From Histomonas meleagridis 2922-C6/04-290x (Eukaryota; Protista; Parabasalia), in NCBI GenBank assembly GCA_020184695.1, contig JAANOX010000247.1, positions 119,852 to 183,851 of the forward strand: a DNA stretch of 64,000 bases. Direction: 5' to 3'. Positions 42,590 to 53,884 of this stretch are shown here, in pieces. The notes under the pieces were generated by a model, which made no database searches, had not been told where the DNA came from, and was given only the letters and a program-made list of their open reading frames with translations. Position 1 is the first letter of the stretch. Each line of letters begins with the position of its first letter. Made by a program: the position numbers and the translations under genes.

Positions 42590-45568
42590 ATGGAATTATC
42601 CGAACAACCCAAAAAAGATACTTCAAAGGTTGATCGGTATATTTCAAATCTTAAAGAGTTCAAAGATGTTCAAACAAATATTTTACAATTACGTGAATTT
42701 GTAAAAGATTTTTCAAATTACATTTGCCATGAAGGATTAACAGCAATTTTTACTGTTTGTATTCAATACCGTCTTGACGATCAATTAATTTCTGATATAT
42801 TTAAAATTTTAACTGATTTAATCACAGATCAACAATATGCACAAGAAAATGCGGAATTAATAATTCGAAACGAATTTGCAATACCTCTCTTAATAGATTC
42901 TTTAAACACAGATAATCCTAAGAAAAAAGTTGCAGTTATACAAATCATATCAAAACTTGCACTTCTTCAATCTAGCTCAATGCAAAATGTTTTACTTTTA
43001 AATCAGGATCGACTTATTCAATTTTTAACCATTATTGATGATGATTCACCAGTCATCCGATATAATTTCTTATCATTAATTCCAATTTTAGTTGATAACA
43101 ATCCTGATTTTCAACTTTTATTTGCATTTAACATCATGACAAAGCTTATTGAAATCATTCGTAATAAAACACCACTTTCAATTTCAGCATTAAATTCACT
43201 TTTGTATAAAAATGTCAAAACTCAAAAACTGTTTTTTAATGTTCATAACCTTAAAATCATCGAAGAACTATTAATTTGTAATGACATTGAATCCGTTACC
43301 TTTATTACAGAGTTATTTAGTAGTGAAGAAGCTAAACAATTTAAATATTTACTTAAAGAAACGAATATTATTCAAATTGCAATCGAGAAATCGTTAAATG
43401 GAAGTGAGCAATTTATAAAATTACTTGGATATTGTATTGAAGACAATGAAGAATATATACAAATAGTTTTAGCTGATGGAAATGTTCTTAAAAGTATTTT
43501 TTATTATTATATCACAAATATCAATGAGAAATTAATTTGTTTTTCGATATTTTTTAAATGTTTATTAAATGGGAAATATTTAGACGTTGTAAATAATCTT
43601 TCATTATTAATAACTAAATGTGAAGATCGTAGTAATGAAAGAGTTATTGATTTAGCGACATTCTGTTTAATATCAAATAATGAATGTCAACAAATATATT
43701 ATAATGATTCAACGTTTCTTATCTCAATGATTGGTTATTTTATATCGCAAATTAACACTGAAAATGTTTTAAACTTTTTAATTGTATTACTTTATGTATC
43801 GAAAGAATCACGTGATATATTTCTAAATGAAGAATCAAATCCTTTATCATTTTTAATTGATTTTGCAAATAAGAAAGAAATGGAACCAATTATTTATTTG
43901 AAATGTATTTTACTTCTTCAAATAATTTGTACAATGAATGAATTATCACCTCAAAACGTCGATCTAATTGAAATCAGATTAAATTTAACAAACATTTTAA
44001 GTTATTTAAAAAATCAACAACAAAATGAAATTAATAATTTCCTACAAAAAATCACAAATAAATTACTTTATTTCGAAGAAGAAGAAGAAATGAAAGAAGA
44101 AGAAAATGAAAAAGAAAATAATATAAAAGAAGAAGAAGATTTCGATAACAATGAAATTCGGAAATTAAGAAACCAAATTCAATTTCTCGAAGCTAAAATT
44201 GATTCAATAAAAACAAAGTCACAAAATGAAGTTAATGAAATAAAACAAAAAATGTCTCAATCAAACATAATGTATCAATCTGAAATAAGTCGTTTACAGA
44301 ATGAAAAACATGAAAAATTTTATAAAATCGCAGAAGAACTTAAAAACAAATGTAATAACATAAAAATCGAATTCGATTTACTTCAATTACATCATAAAAC
44401 ACTTTTCGATCAACAACTTCAAGAGTTTCGAGAAGAGCGAACGAAAATAAATAAAATAATTGAAGAAAACAAAGAACTTAAGTTTAAAGTTTCGCAAATT
44501 ACTAAAGAAAAAGAAGTTTTACTTGAAGAAAACAATCATTTAAAAGAATATAAACAAATAAAACAAAATGAAACACAAAATCAAAATGATCAAATCGAAA
44601 TTGAAAATTATAAATTACAAATTAAAGAACTTGAACAAGAAATATTTAATAATGACAAAAATAAAAATGAAGAAATTGTTATAAATCAAAATCTGAAAGA
44701 ACAAAATATGAAATTGAAAACACAAAATTTGGAATTAAATAATTTGATACAAACAAAAATTATCGAATTAAAAAACATCGAAAGTAATAACTTAGAATTA
44801 AAAGATAAAATATTTGAACTTGAGCAAAAACTTCGAAAAACAAATTTAAGTAAATGTGAATCAGAAACAATAAAAAATGAAAACAATTCATTAAAAGATA
44901 AAATTGTTTCACTAAAATCGAAACTTCAAAACCAAAATAATATTAATAACGAATTGGAACTAATTAAAGAAGAAAATTTAAAATTAAACACAAAAATTAC
45001 GCATCTCGAGAAAATTAATAATTTGTTAAAAGAAATTTCAAATCCGAAATCGAAACGAAAACGAAAAACTTCAAAAGAAAAATCACTTGAATTAAACATA
45101 CAACAATTACAAAAGGAATTAATCAAAATAAAAGAAGAAAATGAATCATATAAAAAACAATGTAAGTCATTAATCGATCAAAACAATAAATTAATTTCGC
45201 AAATCGCTCAACTCAACAAATGTATAAACGAAAACACTTCGCACGATCAATTTAAAGTTTTGAGCGACGAAATCGAAAAACTGACAAAAATGAACTCAAT
45301 TTTGAACGATAAGTGCATAAAACTGCACTCTGAAAAAGTCGAACTGTCGCATCAAAATTCGGTTTTAAATAGCCAAATAAAAAAATCGAATTCATACTTT
45401 AGGTCAATTAATTTAAACAAATTTAATACAATTAAAGATTCCTTTTCGGAATATGATGATGGATCTAATACACAGTTTTCTTCAATGGAATTCTCTTTTG
45501 ATTCATCTCATTCATATTTTCCTGTAAGTAAAGATGTAAATGATTCGGATTACGCATTGATAAGTTAA
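42590..45568 (+). CDS. USO1: Uso1/p115-like vesicle tether (armadillo head + coiled coil)
   Basis: Head motif IIDDDSPVIRYNFLSLI..LV..N.DFQLLFAFN, followed by about 450 aa of coiled coil. Confidence 0.72.
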   Translation: MELSEQPKKDTSKVDRYISNLKEFKDVQTNILQLREFVKDFSNYICHEGLTAIFTVCIQYRLDDQLISDIFKILTDLITDQQYAQENAELIIRNEFAIPLLIDSLNTDNPKKKVAVIQIISKLALLQSSSMQNVLLLNQDRLIQFLTIIDDDSPVIRYNFLSLIPILVDNNPDFQLLFAFNIMTKLIEIIRNKTPLSISALNSLLYKNVKTQKLFFNVHNLKIIEELLICNDIESVTFITELFSSEEAKQFKYLLKETNIIQIAIEKSLNGSEQFIKLLGYCIEDNEEYIQIVLADGNVLKSIFYYYITNINEKLICFSIFFKCLLNGKYLDVVNNLSLLITKCEDRSNERVIDLATFCLISNNECQQIYYNDSTFLISMIGYFISQINTENVLNFLIVLLYVSKESRDIFLNEESNPLSFLIDFANKKEMEPIIYLKCILLLQIICTMNELSPQNVDLIEIRLNLTNILSYLKNQQQNEINNFLQKITNKLLYFEEEEEMKEEENEKENNIKEEEDFDNNEIRKLRNQIQFLEAKIDSIKTKSQNEVNEIKQKMSQSNIMYQSEISRLQNEKHEKFYKIAEELKNKCNNIKIEFDLLQLHHKTLFDQQLQEFREERTKINKIIEENKELKFKVSQITKEKEVLLEENNHLKEYKQIKQNETQNQNDQIEIENYKLQIKELEQEIFNNDKNKNEEIVINQNLKEQNMKLKTQNLELNNLIQTKIIELKNIESNNLELKDKIFELEQKLRKTNLSKCESETIKNENNSLKDKIVSLKSKLQNQNNINNELELIKEENLKLNTKITHLEKINNLLKEISNPKSKRKRKTSKEKSLELNIQQLQKELIKIKEENESYKKQCKSLIDQNNKLISQIAQLNKCINENTSHDQFKVLSDEIEKLTKMNSILNDKCIKLHSEKVELSHQNSVLNSQIKKSNSYFRSINLNKFNTIKDSFSEYDDGSNTQFSSMEFSFDSSHSYFPVSKDVNDSDYALIS

Positions 45569-45933
45569 AACTCTTCATGAACTTTTTATTTATATGTAAA
45601 AATTAATTGTATTTCTTTTTTATTTTTTAAAATAGAATTGAGTAAATACTACAAGAGTAACTCCCAAAAACGCATAAAAATCAATTCCTATTATTTCATT
45701 ATTGTTATTCAAGGGATTTATTCTGATTTCCTGGTATCATTGGGGAACGTTAGATGCATGTAAAGCAAACAAAAGTGAATGTTCACTTTTTCTGTTAAAA
45801 ACTCCCTCGATAGACATTTTTCTGAATACTTTTTGGTTGTGTTTAGACAATTGTTAAAGATTTTATTACAAAATCAAAAAAAAAAAAAATGTTTAAAACA
45901 CCATTATATAACACACAATTTATTCTTTATTTA

Positions 45934-48900
45934 TTAAAACAAATCACCAATACTTAAGCTTCCGTCATCCATTCCGATGAACAATTTCCTGACACTTTTT
46001 TCATAAAACAGAGATGTCACTTTTTTATCGACCTTAAACTCCACATCACATTTCTTCATTTCGCATACGTAATAAATCCGTATGATGCCATTAGTATCAG
46101 CTATTACTATTAAGTCATTACCATCTTCCTTATTTATCACGCACCAATTTATCATTTTAAATTCCAATTTTACTTTGTTTATAAAATCTCCATTAATATT
46201 ATAAAAATAGACAAAAGTTTTTGATTCTTTTTTATGTTGATTTATAATTCCCACAACAATTCTTGCTGATATATCAGTTACCAAAATAAACGTTGGCACA
46301 TACGACGGTTTCAGATCAATTTCCATTGAATACAAATACGTGAAATCGTTGACCAAACTGATGACAATTAAACCATCGATTGAACAACTTATTACAATAC
46401 CAAATGTTTCCGATGCGAAAACGCATGATATAATATTCGAATGTACCATTAAAGAAGAGATGTTTATCAATTTTGATGAATCGATTAATTTCCATTTCAC
46501 TAAAATCGAATCTCGACCACCAGTGATAACATCATCTTTATAGAAACAGATACAAGTTATAGCGTCGATATGGAACGACGATTTTCCTTTAAATATTTTA
46601 TTATTATTAGTTACGTAATATAAATCAGAAGAATTATTTAACACAAATGAGAAATTACTATTTTTTCCATATAACGAATTACAATGTATTGGAATTATGT
46701 CGAAGTTTTCATTATTAATTTGCATAATATTATTTGTGTTTAAGTTTAATATTTTCATTTGTCCTTTTTTGTTTAGTATTAATATTAATATTTCGTCGAT
46801 AATTTTTATTTCGATAATTCCATTATTTGTTATATTATAATTATTAAATTTTATTTCGTTTTTAATGTTTTTCCGAATAATTTCTTCACGTGATGGATGT
46901 GGCGAATTAAAAAGTTTTTGTGGTATAATACCAATCGTATTTAACATGTCTTCGATAATCGGAACTTGATTTTCATCAATGTTTTTGATCCATATGTCTG
47001 GATATAAACGCGGATCATATGTATTATCTGCTTTTATTGATTCTTCACCTGTTTGTTTATATCCCCAAATCAAATCGATCCATTTATTTATGTTTTTCGA
47101 TACATATTCTGATTCTAAAGCTTTCCGATGTTTATATATGAATTCATTTGAATCTTTTGCCCATTTCGGTAATATTACGTTATTAATTTTAATACCATTT
47201 GGTAATTGTCCTAAATTAAAATGATTTTTGTTCTCTAAAAAATCAGTCGAAAAATAAAACTCCGGAATTAATTCTCGAAAATTTAAATTGGAATTATAAA
47301 CACGTTCGAAATTATCTTTAATACTATGAAATATTCGTGATGGAGAATCGAATTTATTATCTTGGAATTTAATATGTAATGAAGTAAATGGTTCTTGTCG
47401 AACTAATAAATGTAATATCATCATTGGTGATGAATACATACTATGATATAAAAATGATTGTTTCTCCATTGATGAATCACGTAATTGTTTAAGTTTTTCA
47501 AGTTTCGTAGGATTAATAGCTCCAATTGGTTTAGATAAATCTCGATAAATTTTCTCATCATTATAATCGATTTCATCAATATCATAATCCACTAATATCC
47601 ATGGGAAAATAGGATATGAATGAATATTATTAAATGATCTTCCACTAAAATAATTTAACCACATCAAGTATTCAAAAGTGGAAATCTGACGTTTACGCCA
47701 CTTTTCTGTGAGTCCTAATCGTTCTATCTCAAATTCAGAGGTGTACGTTTGAATGAATCTTGCATTTGGATAATTTAAAGCTCTAAAATAAGAAGAAAAT
47801 TTATGTGAACTTTCATCTGGGAAATTTAATAAATAAGATTTATGATTTATTGTAAATATTTCGATAGCAGTAGGTTTTTGTATTATATATTGTAAGAATA
47901 TTAAATCAACATCTTCATTTGATATATTAAATTTAATTTCTTCATCGAAAGAAACAAAAGAAAAATTATTTGATTTAATAGTAAATGTACCATCGATTGT
48001 TTTATCTGTTTTAATTAAACTACATTGAGCTTTCCATATATATCTCGTTTGAGGGTAATCTATAGTATTTATATCGATTGAAGGGAATGAAATATCTCTA
48101 TTAAATCCAAATCGTGATAAAGAATCATTGTTTGTATTATTTAATTGTAAATTGTTATTATTCGTTGTATTATTTGATGCATCTAAATGTAAATTAAAAC
48201 AAAAATTTCGTTTCCGTAAAATTGGTCGGAAATATTTATCAAATAAATTACCACGTTTAAAATGTAAATTATTATTATTTTGTTTAAATGGTTTTATATA
48301 AAAAGGAGAAGATTTATATGATAATTGATACCAAAGATAATACCAATTTCGTTCAGTTAATAAATATTGTTCATTTTGTATCATGTTAATATTAGATATA
48401 ATTTCATTAATTTTGTTCTTGACTTCAATCGAAAATGGTTTTGGAGTTTTAGGAAATGTTTCTTGTATTGACTTAAAGACAAATATTAATTCTTTAGTGA
48501 TAATTGGCATTGATGCAGGTGGTTGATCACAATAATTATTTAATGCATAAAATCCAGTTGGTTGATAATTAATAAAATCATTTGATATTTTAGAAATAAG
48601 TGAATCGAATATTGAATTATTATTTTTTAATTTCTTTATAGTGTTGATTAATAAATATATAAATTCCATATTACCAAAATAATTAGTAAAGATAACTTTA
48701 TCTAATATTGGTATTAATTCTTCATATTTAGAGGGATAATAATTTAATGCTATAAATAATAATATAGAAAATGGTTGAATAATATTATCGGAATATTCAT
48801 CAAATAATTTATAAAATAATTTAATAACGCCAATTGTTAAATCCATTTCAATATATTCATTATTGATTATAATTGGTGGTGAAAATACTTGTAAACTATA

Positions 48901-51900
48901 TTCGATTTGATCTATTCTTGATGCATATTCGAAACTAATTGTTTCAATATTAATTTCTTCATTTCGTAAATTTTCGTCATTTTTAGTATTATTTTCTTCT
49001 TCATAAAATGGAGATTCTTTATATAAGTTTTCTAAGTGATCATTTTGATATACTTTATGTTTAAATAATATTGTTAATGCTAAGTTTTCAATAAATGTTA
49101 TTAATTCGATGGATGGTTGCATTTCATTTAATATATTTAATACATTTGTTATAAGTTTTATTCGATAAGTTGAATAATCTTTTTTTAAGTTTTTCGATAA
49201 ACTATCAATGATATCTATTGAAGATTGGAACAAATTTATTTTCTTTGTTATAATTAAAGAAATAGATTTTATTAATTCATCATTTTCTTCATGTAAAATT
49301 GACCAATATATTAATATCGACATTAAATATATTGATAAGTTTTCAATAATTTTATTAATATTTGTATCATTTTTACATAACATATTAAATATTTTTATGA
49401 ATAATTCATTTAATTCTTTAGATGTAACTATAGCACTTGATATAGCAAATATTAAAAACACAAAATTTTGTAAAACTAATGTTTGATTATCATTAATTAT
49501 ATCTTTAAGACTAATACTTTCTTGATTAATACCTAACATTAATCGACAAGAATTTACTAAAATAGAATCATTTGAATTATCATTAGTATTATCATATTCT
49601 TGATTTCGTGTCATTATTAAATAACTACAATAAATGTTCGTAAAGTTTATAGTTTGATAATTAGTTAATGAATAAATTGTCAAAAATAATGAACATACTT
49701 TGTTAGATGAATGTAAAAATACAGATGACCAATTTTCTTGAAATGATATTAATGTTTGTTGAGGTTTCCATAATAAGTTACTAACTTTTGATTGAGTTTG
49801 TTGTTTTTCAAATGAAATTAAATTATTTTCAATCAACTTTTTTATCATATTTTCTAATTGTAATGAAGCAAATTCATTTTTACATTCGATTAATGAATAT
49901 AATAAAAAATTCATATCCGATTCTTCTAATTTAATATTAGTTATATTAATTATTAAATTACAAATTATTTCTCGATTTTCATCTAAAATTTTATCATAAT
50001 TTTCAGTTGATGGAATACTTTTATTAAATAAATTTAATAAATTAATAAATTTTAAATAGATTTGTGATTGTTCTTTATATTTTTCATATATAATATTCCA
50101 ATCTTTTAATATTTTGTTTTGTACATTAGGTAAAGTTTTACAAATTATATTATAATTAAAGATTATATAATGAAATAAATTATCAAGTAAATTATTATTT
50201 GTAATAATATTTAAATTATTAAAGATTATATCCCATACATTTAATGTTAAATGTGAATTTTTCGATTCTAATATAAAATATGATAATATAGAAAAAGAAT
50301 TACAATTTAATATTGTTAATTCATTTTCTGGTGATTTAGATATTAATAAAAATATTAATGATAATAATGATTCTAATAAATTCGATTCATTTATAAAATC
50401 GATTTGTGCAAATAATGATATTAAAAATGGTATTGAATGCGAAGCAACAAAAACTTTTATAAAATTTGCATAAAATTTAATGATAGAACCATTAAATTTA
50501 ATATTTTTATTATATTCGATTTCATCTATATTAAACTCAAAGATTTTAGTCCAATTTAATAATGATTTTTTATCATTATGTAATACAGGTATTGGTACCC
50601 AAGTAAAAGGTTTAATAGATATAATTACATCTTGTATTAAAATAGGATAATTTTCTTTTTTATTATTATTTATATGAAACATAAAACATTTCTTAAAATC
50701 ATGAAAAGTATTTTGTATTAAGTCAAATGATTCAATTAAATCATTATCTATAAAAATATCACATTTTAATGGTTTAAAACATATTGTTAAATTAAACCAT
50801 TTCCTTAAAGGTAATATTATATTCGAATTATAAACTTTATCAAAATAATTTAAAACTAATGATTTCTCATGAAAATAAACCGAAATATTTTGTGTCTCAT
50901 TAGAAAACTCAAAAAAATATCTTCCACAATCATAAAAATCTAAAAATATTTTCGACGATATAAAAAATCCATTTTGTAAATCTTTGGAATTTAATTGTGG
51001 TAAAATTATATATGAAAATTCTTTAAGGAATTGTATTAATGAAAATGATGTTGGAGGTTCCGAAAATTTTATAATTTCTTCAAGTGATTTAATACAAGAA
51101 ATTGTATAAGAATTTAATGTATTATTTTCAAAACTTGAAAATAATCTAAAAAATGAAAATAATGAATTTCGATCACAAATTGATTTACATATAGATACAA
51201 ATATTTTTAAGGTTAATTCGAAATTATTTTCATTAATGTTTTCAAATAACATTGAGGGTACATTCCCTAAAATTAATGAATATCGATTACATATAGAATA
51301 ATTACTTAATTCTAATAATTTTTCTAATGTTATTTCATAATATTTCGTATTTCGTACTGATAAAATTAATAATGGTAAAGTTTTAGGTGTTGCAATTATA
51401 TTAAATTCTTTTGATCCTCCAGAAACAATTGATATTAATATATTATATATTGATTCTGTTAAACCAATTCTTTCAATTGACGTCGCAATTTCAGAAAATG
51501 GTATTGCATCGAAATTAAAATTTGGACAAAATTGTAATGAACGTAAAGAAATTAACTCATTTTCTAAAATAGAATTTGATAATTCAGACATTGGCATTTT
51601 GGTTAATATTATTATTAAATCTTTAATAGTTTTATCCGGGAAATTATTAAATAAAATTTTATTTGGTGATTCATAACATATAACTTTATTAAATAATTGC
51701 ATAATTTTTAATAATATTAAATTCGAATTTTGAACATTTATATTCGAATTAGATATCATATAAGTAAAAGCTAAATGAAATGAATGATTTAAATATGTTA
51801 AATTTAAATTGAAATTTTCCGATTTTATTATATATTTAACTAACTCTTCAAATATTCGTATTATTATTGGATGAATGTTGATTTCAAACATAAATGATAA

Positions 51901-53547
51901 TAACGTATTACAAAAGATTTGTGATGTAATTAAATTCGGAAATAAATTTTCGTTTTCTAATATAATTAATGATAATTGTATTAATGTTTTAATTCGATAT
52001 TTTTCAATTTCTTTATTACCATTTATATGAACTTCTTGTTGGAAAGTTGTTTCTTTAGCTATTATATCGAATAAATCATCTTTTATATCAATTATATATA
52101 TTGTTTTTAATTGTGGATAAGACATTTGAAATATTTCCGTAAACATTTTCGGATAATTTAAAATCGATTCAAGAAAATTCTTAAAATGTAATCTAATGAC
52201 TATCGAACATTTATCATTTTTCGATAGAATATTTAAACAATTAAATAATGATTTCCTTAAATATATAATTTCTTTGTTATCAACTTTCGGATTAAATAAT
52301 TTTGGACTAAATATTATTTCCCAAAGATTTTTCTCATTCCAAAAATTAATTATTTCTTCATAATATTTATCAAGTTTTTCGATAGTTAAAAACAATAAAG
52401 ACAAATAATTAAAATATATTTCATTAATTCGCGATAATAATGATGAAAATATTTCATAAAATAGTTGAAATGGATGAAAACGAAGTTGTTCACCAAACGT
52501 TAAACCAATATATATCATTGGTTCTTTTATTGTAGCAATTTTTGTTAAATCATCAAATTTGTCCAAAATTGTTTCATCATATGAAACCAAACTTTCAAAT
52601 GTTTCAACAGGCGGAAAACACATTGATGGTTCTGGTACTACAATTGTTCGAAATATTGTACCAAATTGTATATTGTTGAAAATTTTGGTTTGATCTGATA
52701 CTTGAAATAATAATTCAGATAACTTAGAAACATCAAATGATATAAAACTTAACGAAATAAACAATTCTATGGTGGAACTAACGATTGGTGAAAATGTGTT
52801 TCGTGATTTAATGTTTTCAATTAACAATAAAACAAATCGTAATAACATCTCTGACTCACTTTGATCAGGCGACGGATTCAAATTAATTGATTTGGCTATG
52901 ATTGACAGTTGTTTGGAGAAAATTGTATCATCAGATAATTCATCATTTGAAAAAAGTAAAGATCCCATCTTTTTACATACAGGATAGTGTGAATGAATAC
53001 ACTTTACAGTATATTCAGGATGAGCATATGTAAAAACTTGTATCGATTCTAATAATTTATGAATGTCTTTAAAAACATCTGATGTCAAAATACGATCATA
53101 AATCAGTGAGAATAAGTCCTCTATTGTTCGTTGATGTTTTGTAAGATGTTCAACTGATAGTTTTAAACATTCCATAAATAATGAGATGTTATCATATGCA
53201 ATTGTTTCTAATTGAACAAACAGTAAAGAGCATAGTGACCGTAAAGAAGTCAACGCAAAAAAAAATTCTTGTGAAATAGATGGAGCTGTTGATCTAAAAA
53301 AAGGAAGAATAGTCGATAATATCTTAATTTGAGTTTCTATGTCTAAACATAAATATTTTTGAAATTGCAACGGGTTGTTTTTTGATTTTACAGCATTTTG
53401 AAAATCCACTGATGGAATTAAATTAAGTATTTCTTGCTTAATTGGTGGTTCTGCTTCTTCATATGGAATTTTATATATTTCGAGTGTTATTGCAATAGAT
53501 GGATCCGTTTTTGGAAAAGAGGACGTGAAAAAACGGAGAACACTCAT
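45934..53547 (-). CDS. Beige/BEACH domain protein (PH-BEACH-WD40)
   Basis: TEKWRKRQISTFEYLMWLN..SGRSFN....YPIFPW, RDLSKPIGAIN, FRELIPEFY, LPKWA, WIDLIWGYKQ, then WD40 repeats. Confidence 0.95.
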   Translation of the reverse strand: MSVLRFFTSSFPKTDPSIAITLEIYKIPYEEAEPPIKQEILNLIPSVDFQNAVKSKNNPLQFQKYLCLDIETQIKILSTILPFFRSTAPSISQEFFFALTSLRSLCSLLFVQLETIAYDNISLFMECLKLSVEHLTKHQRTIEDLFSLIYDRILTSDVFKDIHKLLESIQVFTYAHPEYTVKCIHSHYPVCKKMGSLLFSNDELSDDTIFSKQLSIIAKSINLNPSPDQSESEMLLRFVLLLIENIKSRNTFSPIVSSTIELFISLSFISFDVSKLSELLFQVSDQTKIFNNIQFGTIFRTIVVPEPSMCFPPVETFESLVSYDETILDKFDDLTKIATIKEPMIYIGLTFGEQLRFHPFQLFYEIFSSLLSRINEIYFNYLSLLFLTIEKLDKYYEEIINFWNEKNLWEIIFSPKLFNPKVDNKEIIYLRKSLFNCLNILSKNDKCSIVIRLHFKNFLESILNYPKMFTEIFQMSYPQLKTIYIIDIKDDLFDIIAKETTFQQEVHINGNKEIEKYRIKTLIQLSLIILENENLFPNLITSQIFCNTLLSFMFEINIHPIIIRIFEELVKYIIKSENFNLNLTYLNHSFHLAFTYMISNSNINVQNSNLILLKIMQLFNKVICYESPNKILFNNFPDKTIKDLIIILTKMPMSELSNSILENELISLRSLQFCPNFNFDAIPFSEIATSIERIGLTESIYNILISIVSGGSKEFNIIATPKTLPLLILSVRNTKYYEITLEKLLELSNYSICNRYSLILGNVPSMLFENINENNFELTLKIFVSICKSICDRNSLFSFFRLFSSFENNTLNSYTISCIKSLEEIIKFSEPPTSFSLIQFLKEFSYIILPQLNSKDLQNGFFISSKIFLDFYDCGRYFFEFSNETQNISVYFHEKSLVLNYFDKVYNSNIILPLRKWFNLTICFKPLKCDIFIDNDLIESFDLIQNTFHDFKKCFMFHINNNKKENYPILIQDVIISIKPFTWVPIPVLHNDKKSLLNWTKIFEFNIDEIEYNKNIKFNGSIIKFYANFIKVFVASHSIPFLISLFAQIDFINESNLLESLLSLIFLLISKSPENELTILNCNSFSILSYFILESKNSHLTLNVWDIIFNNLNIITNNNLLDNLFHYIIFNYNIICKTLPNVQNKILKDWNIIYEKYKEQSQIYLKFINLLNLFNKSIPSTENYDKILDENREIICNLIINITNIKLEESDMNFLLYSLIECKNEFASLQLENMIKKLIENNLISFEKQQTQSKVSNLLWKPQQTLISFQENWSSVFLHSSNKVCSLFLTIYSLTNYQTINFTNIYCSYLIMTRNQEYDNTNDNSNDSILVNSCRLMLGINQESISLKDIINDNQTLVLQNFVFLIFAISSAIVTSKELNELFIKIFNMLCKNDTNINKIIENLSIYLMSILIYWSILHEENDELIKSISLIITKKINLFQSSIDIIDSLSKNLKKDYSTYRIKLITNVLNILNEMQPSIELITFIENLALTILFKHKVYQNDHLENLYKESPFYEEENNTKNDENLRNEEINIETISFEYASRIDQIEYSLQVFSPPIIINNEYIEMDLTIGVIKLFYKLFDEYSDNIIQPFSILLFIALNYYPSKYEELIPILDKVIFTNYFGNMEFIYLLINTIKKLKNNNSIFDSLISKISNDFINYQPTGFYALNNYCDQPPASMPIITKELIFVFKSIQETFPKTPKPFSIEVKNKINEIISNINMIQNEQYLLTERNWYYLWYQLSYKSSPFYIKPFKQNNNNLHFKRGNLFDKYFRPILRKRNFCFNLHLDASNNTTNNNNLQLNNTNNDSLSRFGFNRDISFPSIDINTIDYPQTRYIWKAQCSLIKTDKTIDGTFTIKSNNFSFVSFDEEIKFNISNEDVDLIFLQYIIQKPTAIEIFTINHKSYLLNFPDESSHKFSSYFRALNYPNARFIQTYTSEFEIERLGLTEKWRKRQISTFEYLMWLNYFSGRSFNNIHSYPIFPWILVDYDIDEIDYNDEKIYRDLSKPIGAINPTKLEKLKQLRDSSMEKQSFLYHSMYSSPMMILHLLVRQEPFTSLHIKFQDNKFDSPSRIFHSIKDNFERVYNSNLNFRELIPEFYFSTDFLENKNHFNLGQLPNGIKINNVILPKWAKDSNEFIYKHRKALESEYVSKNINKWIDLIWGYKQTGEESIKADNTYDPRLYPDIWIKNIDENQVPIIEDMLNTIGIIPQKLFNSPHPSREEIIRKNIKNEIKFNNYNITNNGIIEIKIIDEILILILNKKGQMKILNLNTNNIMQINNENFDIIPIHCNSLYGKNSNFSFVLNNSSDLYYVTNNNKIFKGKSSFHIDAITCICFYKDDVITGGRDSILVKWKLIDSSKLINISSLMVHSNIISCVFASETFGIVISCSIDGLIVISLVNDFTYLYSMEIDLKPSYVPTFILVTDISARIVVGIINQHKKESKTFVYFYNINGDFINKVKLEFKMINWCVINKEDGNDLIVIADTNGIIRIYYVCEMKKCDVEFKVDKKVTSLFYEKSVRKLFIGMDDGSLSIGDLF

Positions 53548-53884
53548 TTTTCTTTTGAGCGGATTTGGAAAATTTGATTTGACAAGATTGAATGTTTATC
53601 AAAAAGTGAAATTTGTGAACAAACACAAAAATTGACAATGAATAGGTAATTGACCAAACTATTCCCCTCGTATTTGATAAAACAATGACTAATTTAATTT
53701 AATGTTTATAATAGTTTTCATGTTATACTCAAATGTGCAAAATTTTGAAATTGAAAGTATTCACATATGGATGAAAGTATTCACATAACTTACAGAACAT
53801 TTTTCATAAAGTGATGGTTTAATAGGACATGCTCGGATTTTTCTTATAATTTTTAATTAAATAAGAAATTATAATATACATAAA

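Noticed and set aside
80-50000. Numerous 60-110 aa antisense or alternative-frame ORFs in the track
   Set aside because: They overlap well-supported genes, often start at TTG/GTG and show no motifs.
16083-53547. Functional clustering of trafficking genes (AP-3 delta, Tvp15-like, IFT172, Uso1, BEACH)
   Set aside because: Trafficking families are large in parabasalids and the genes are interspersed with unrelated ones; there is no evidence beyond chance.
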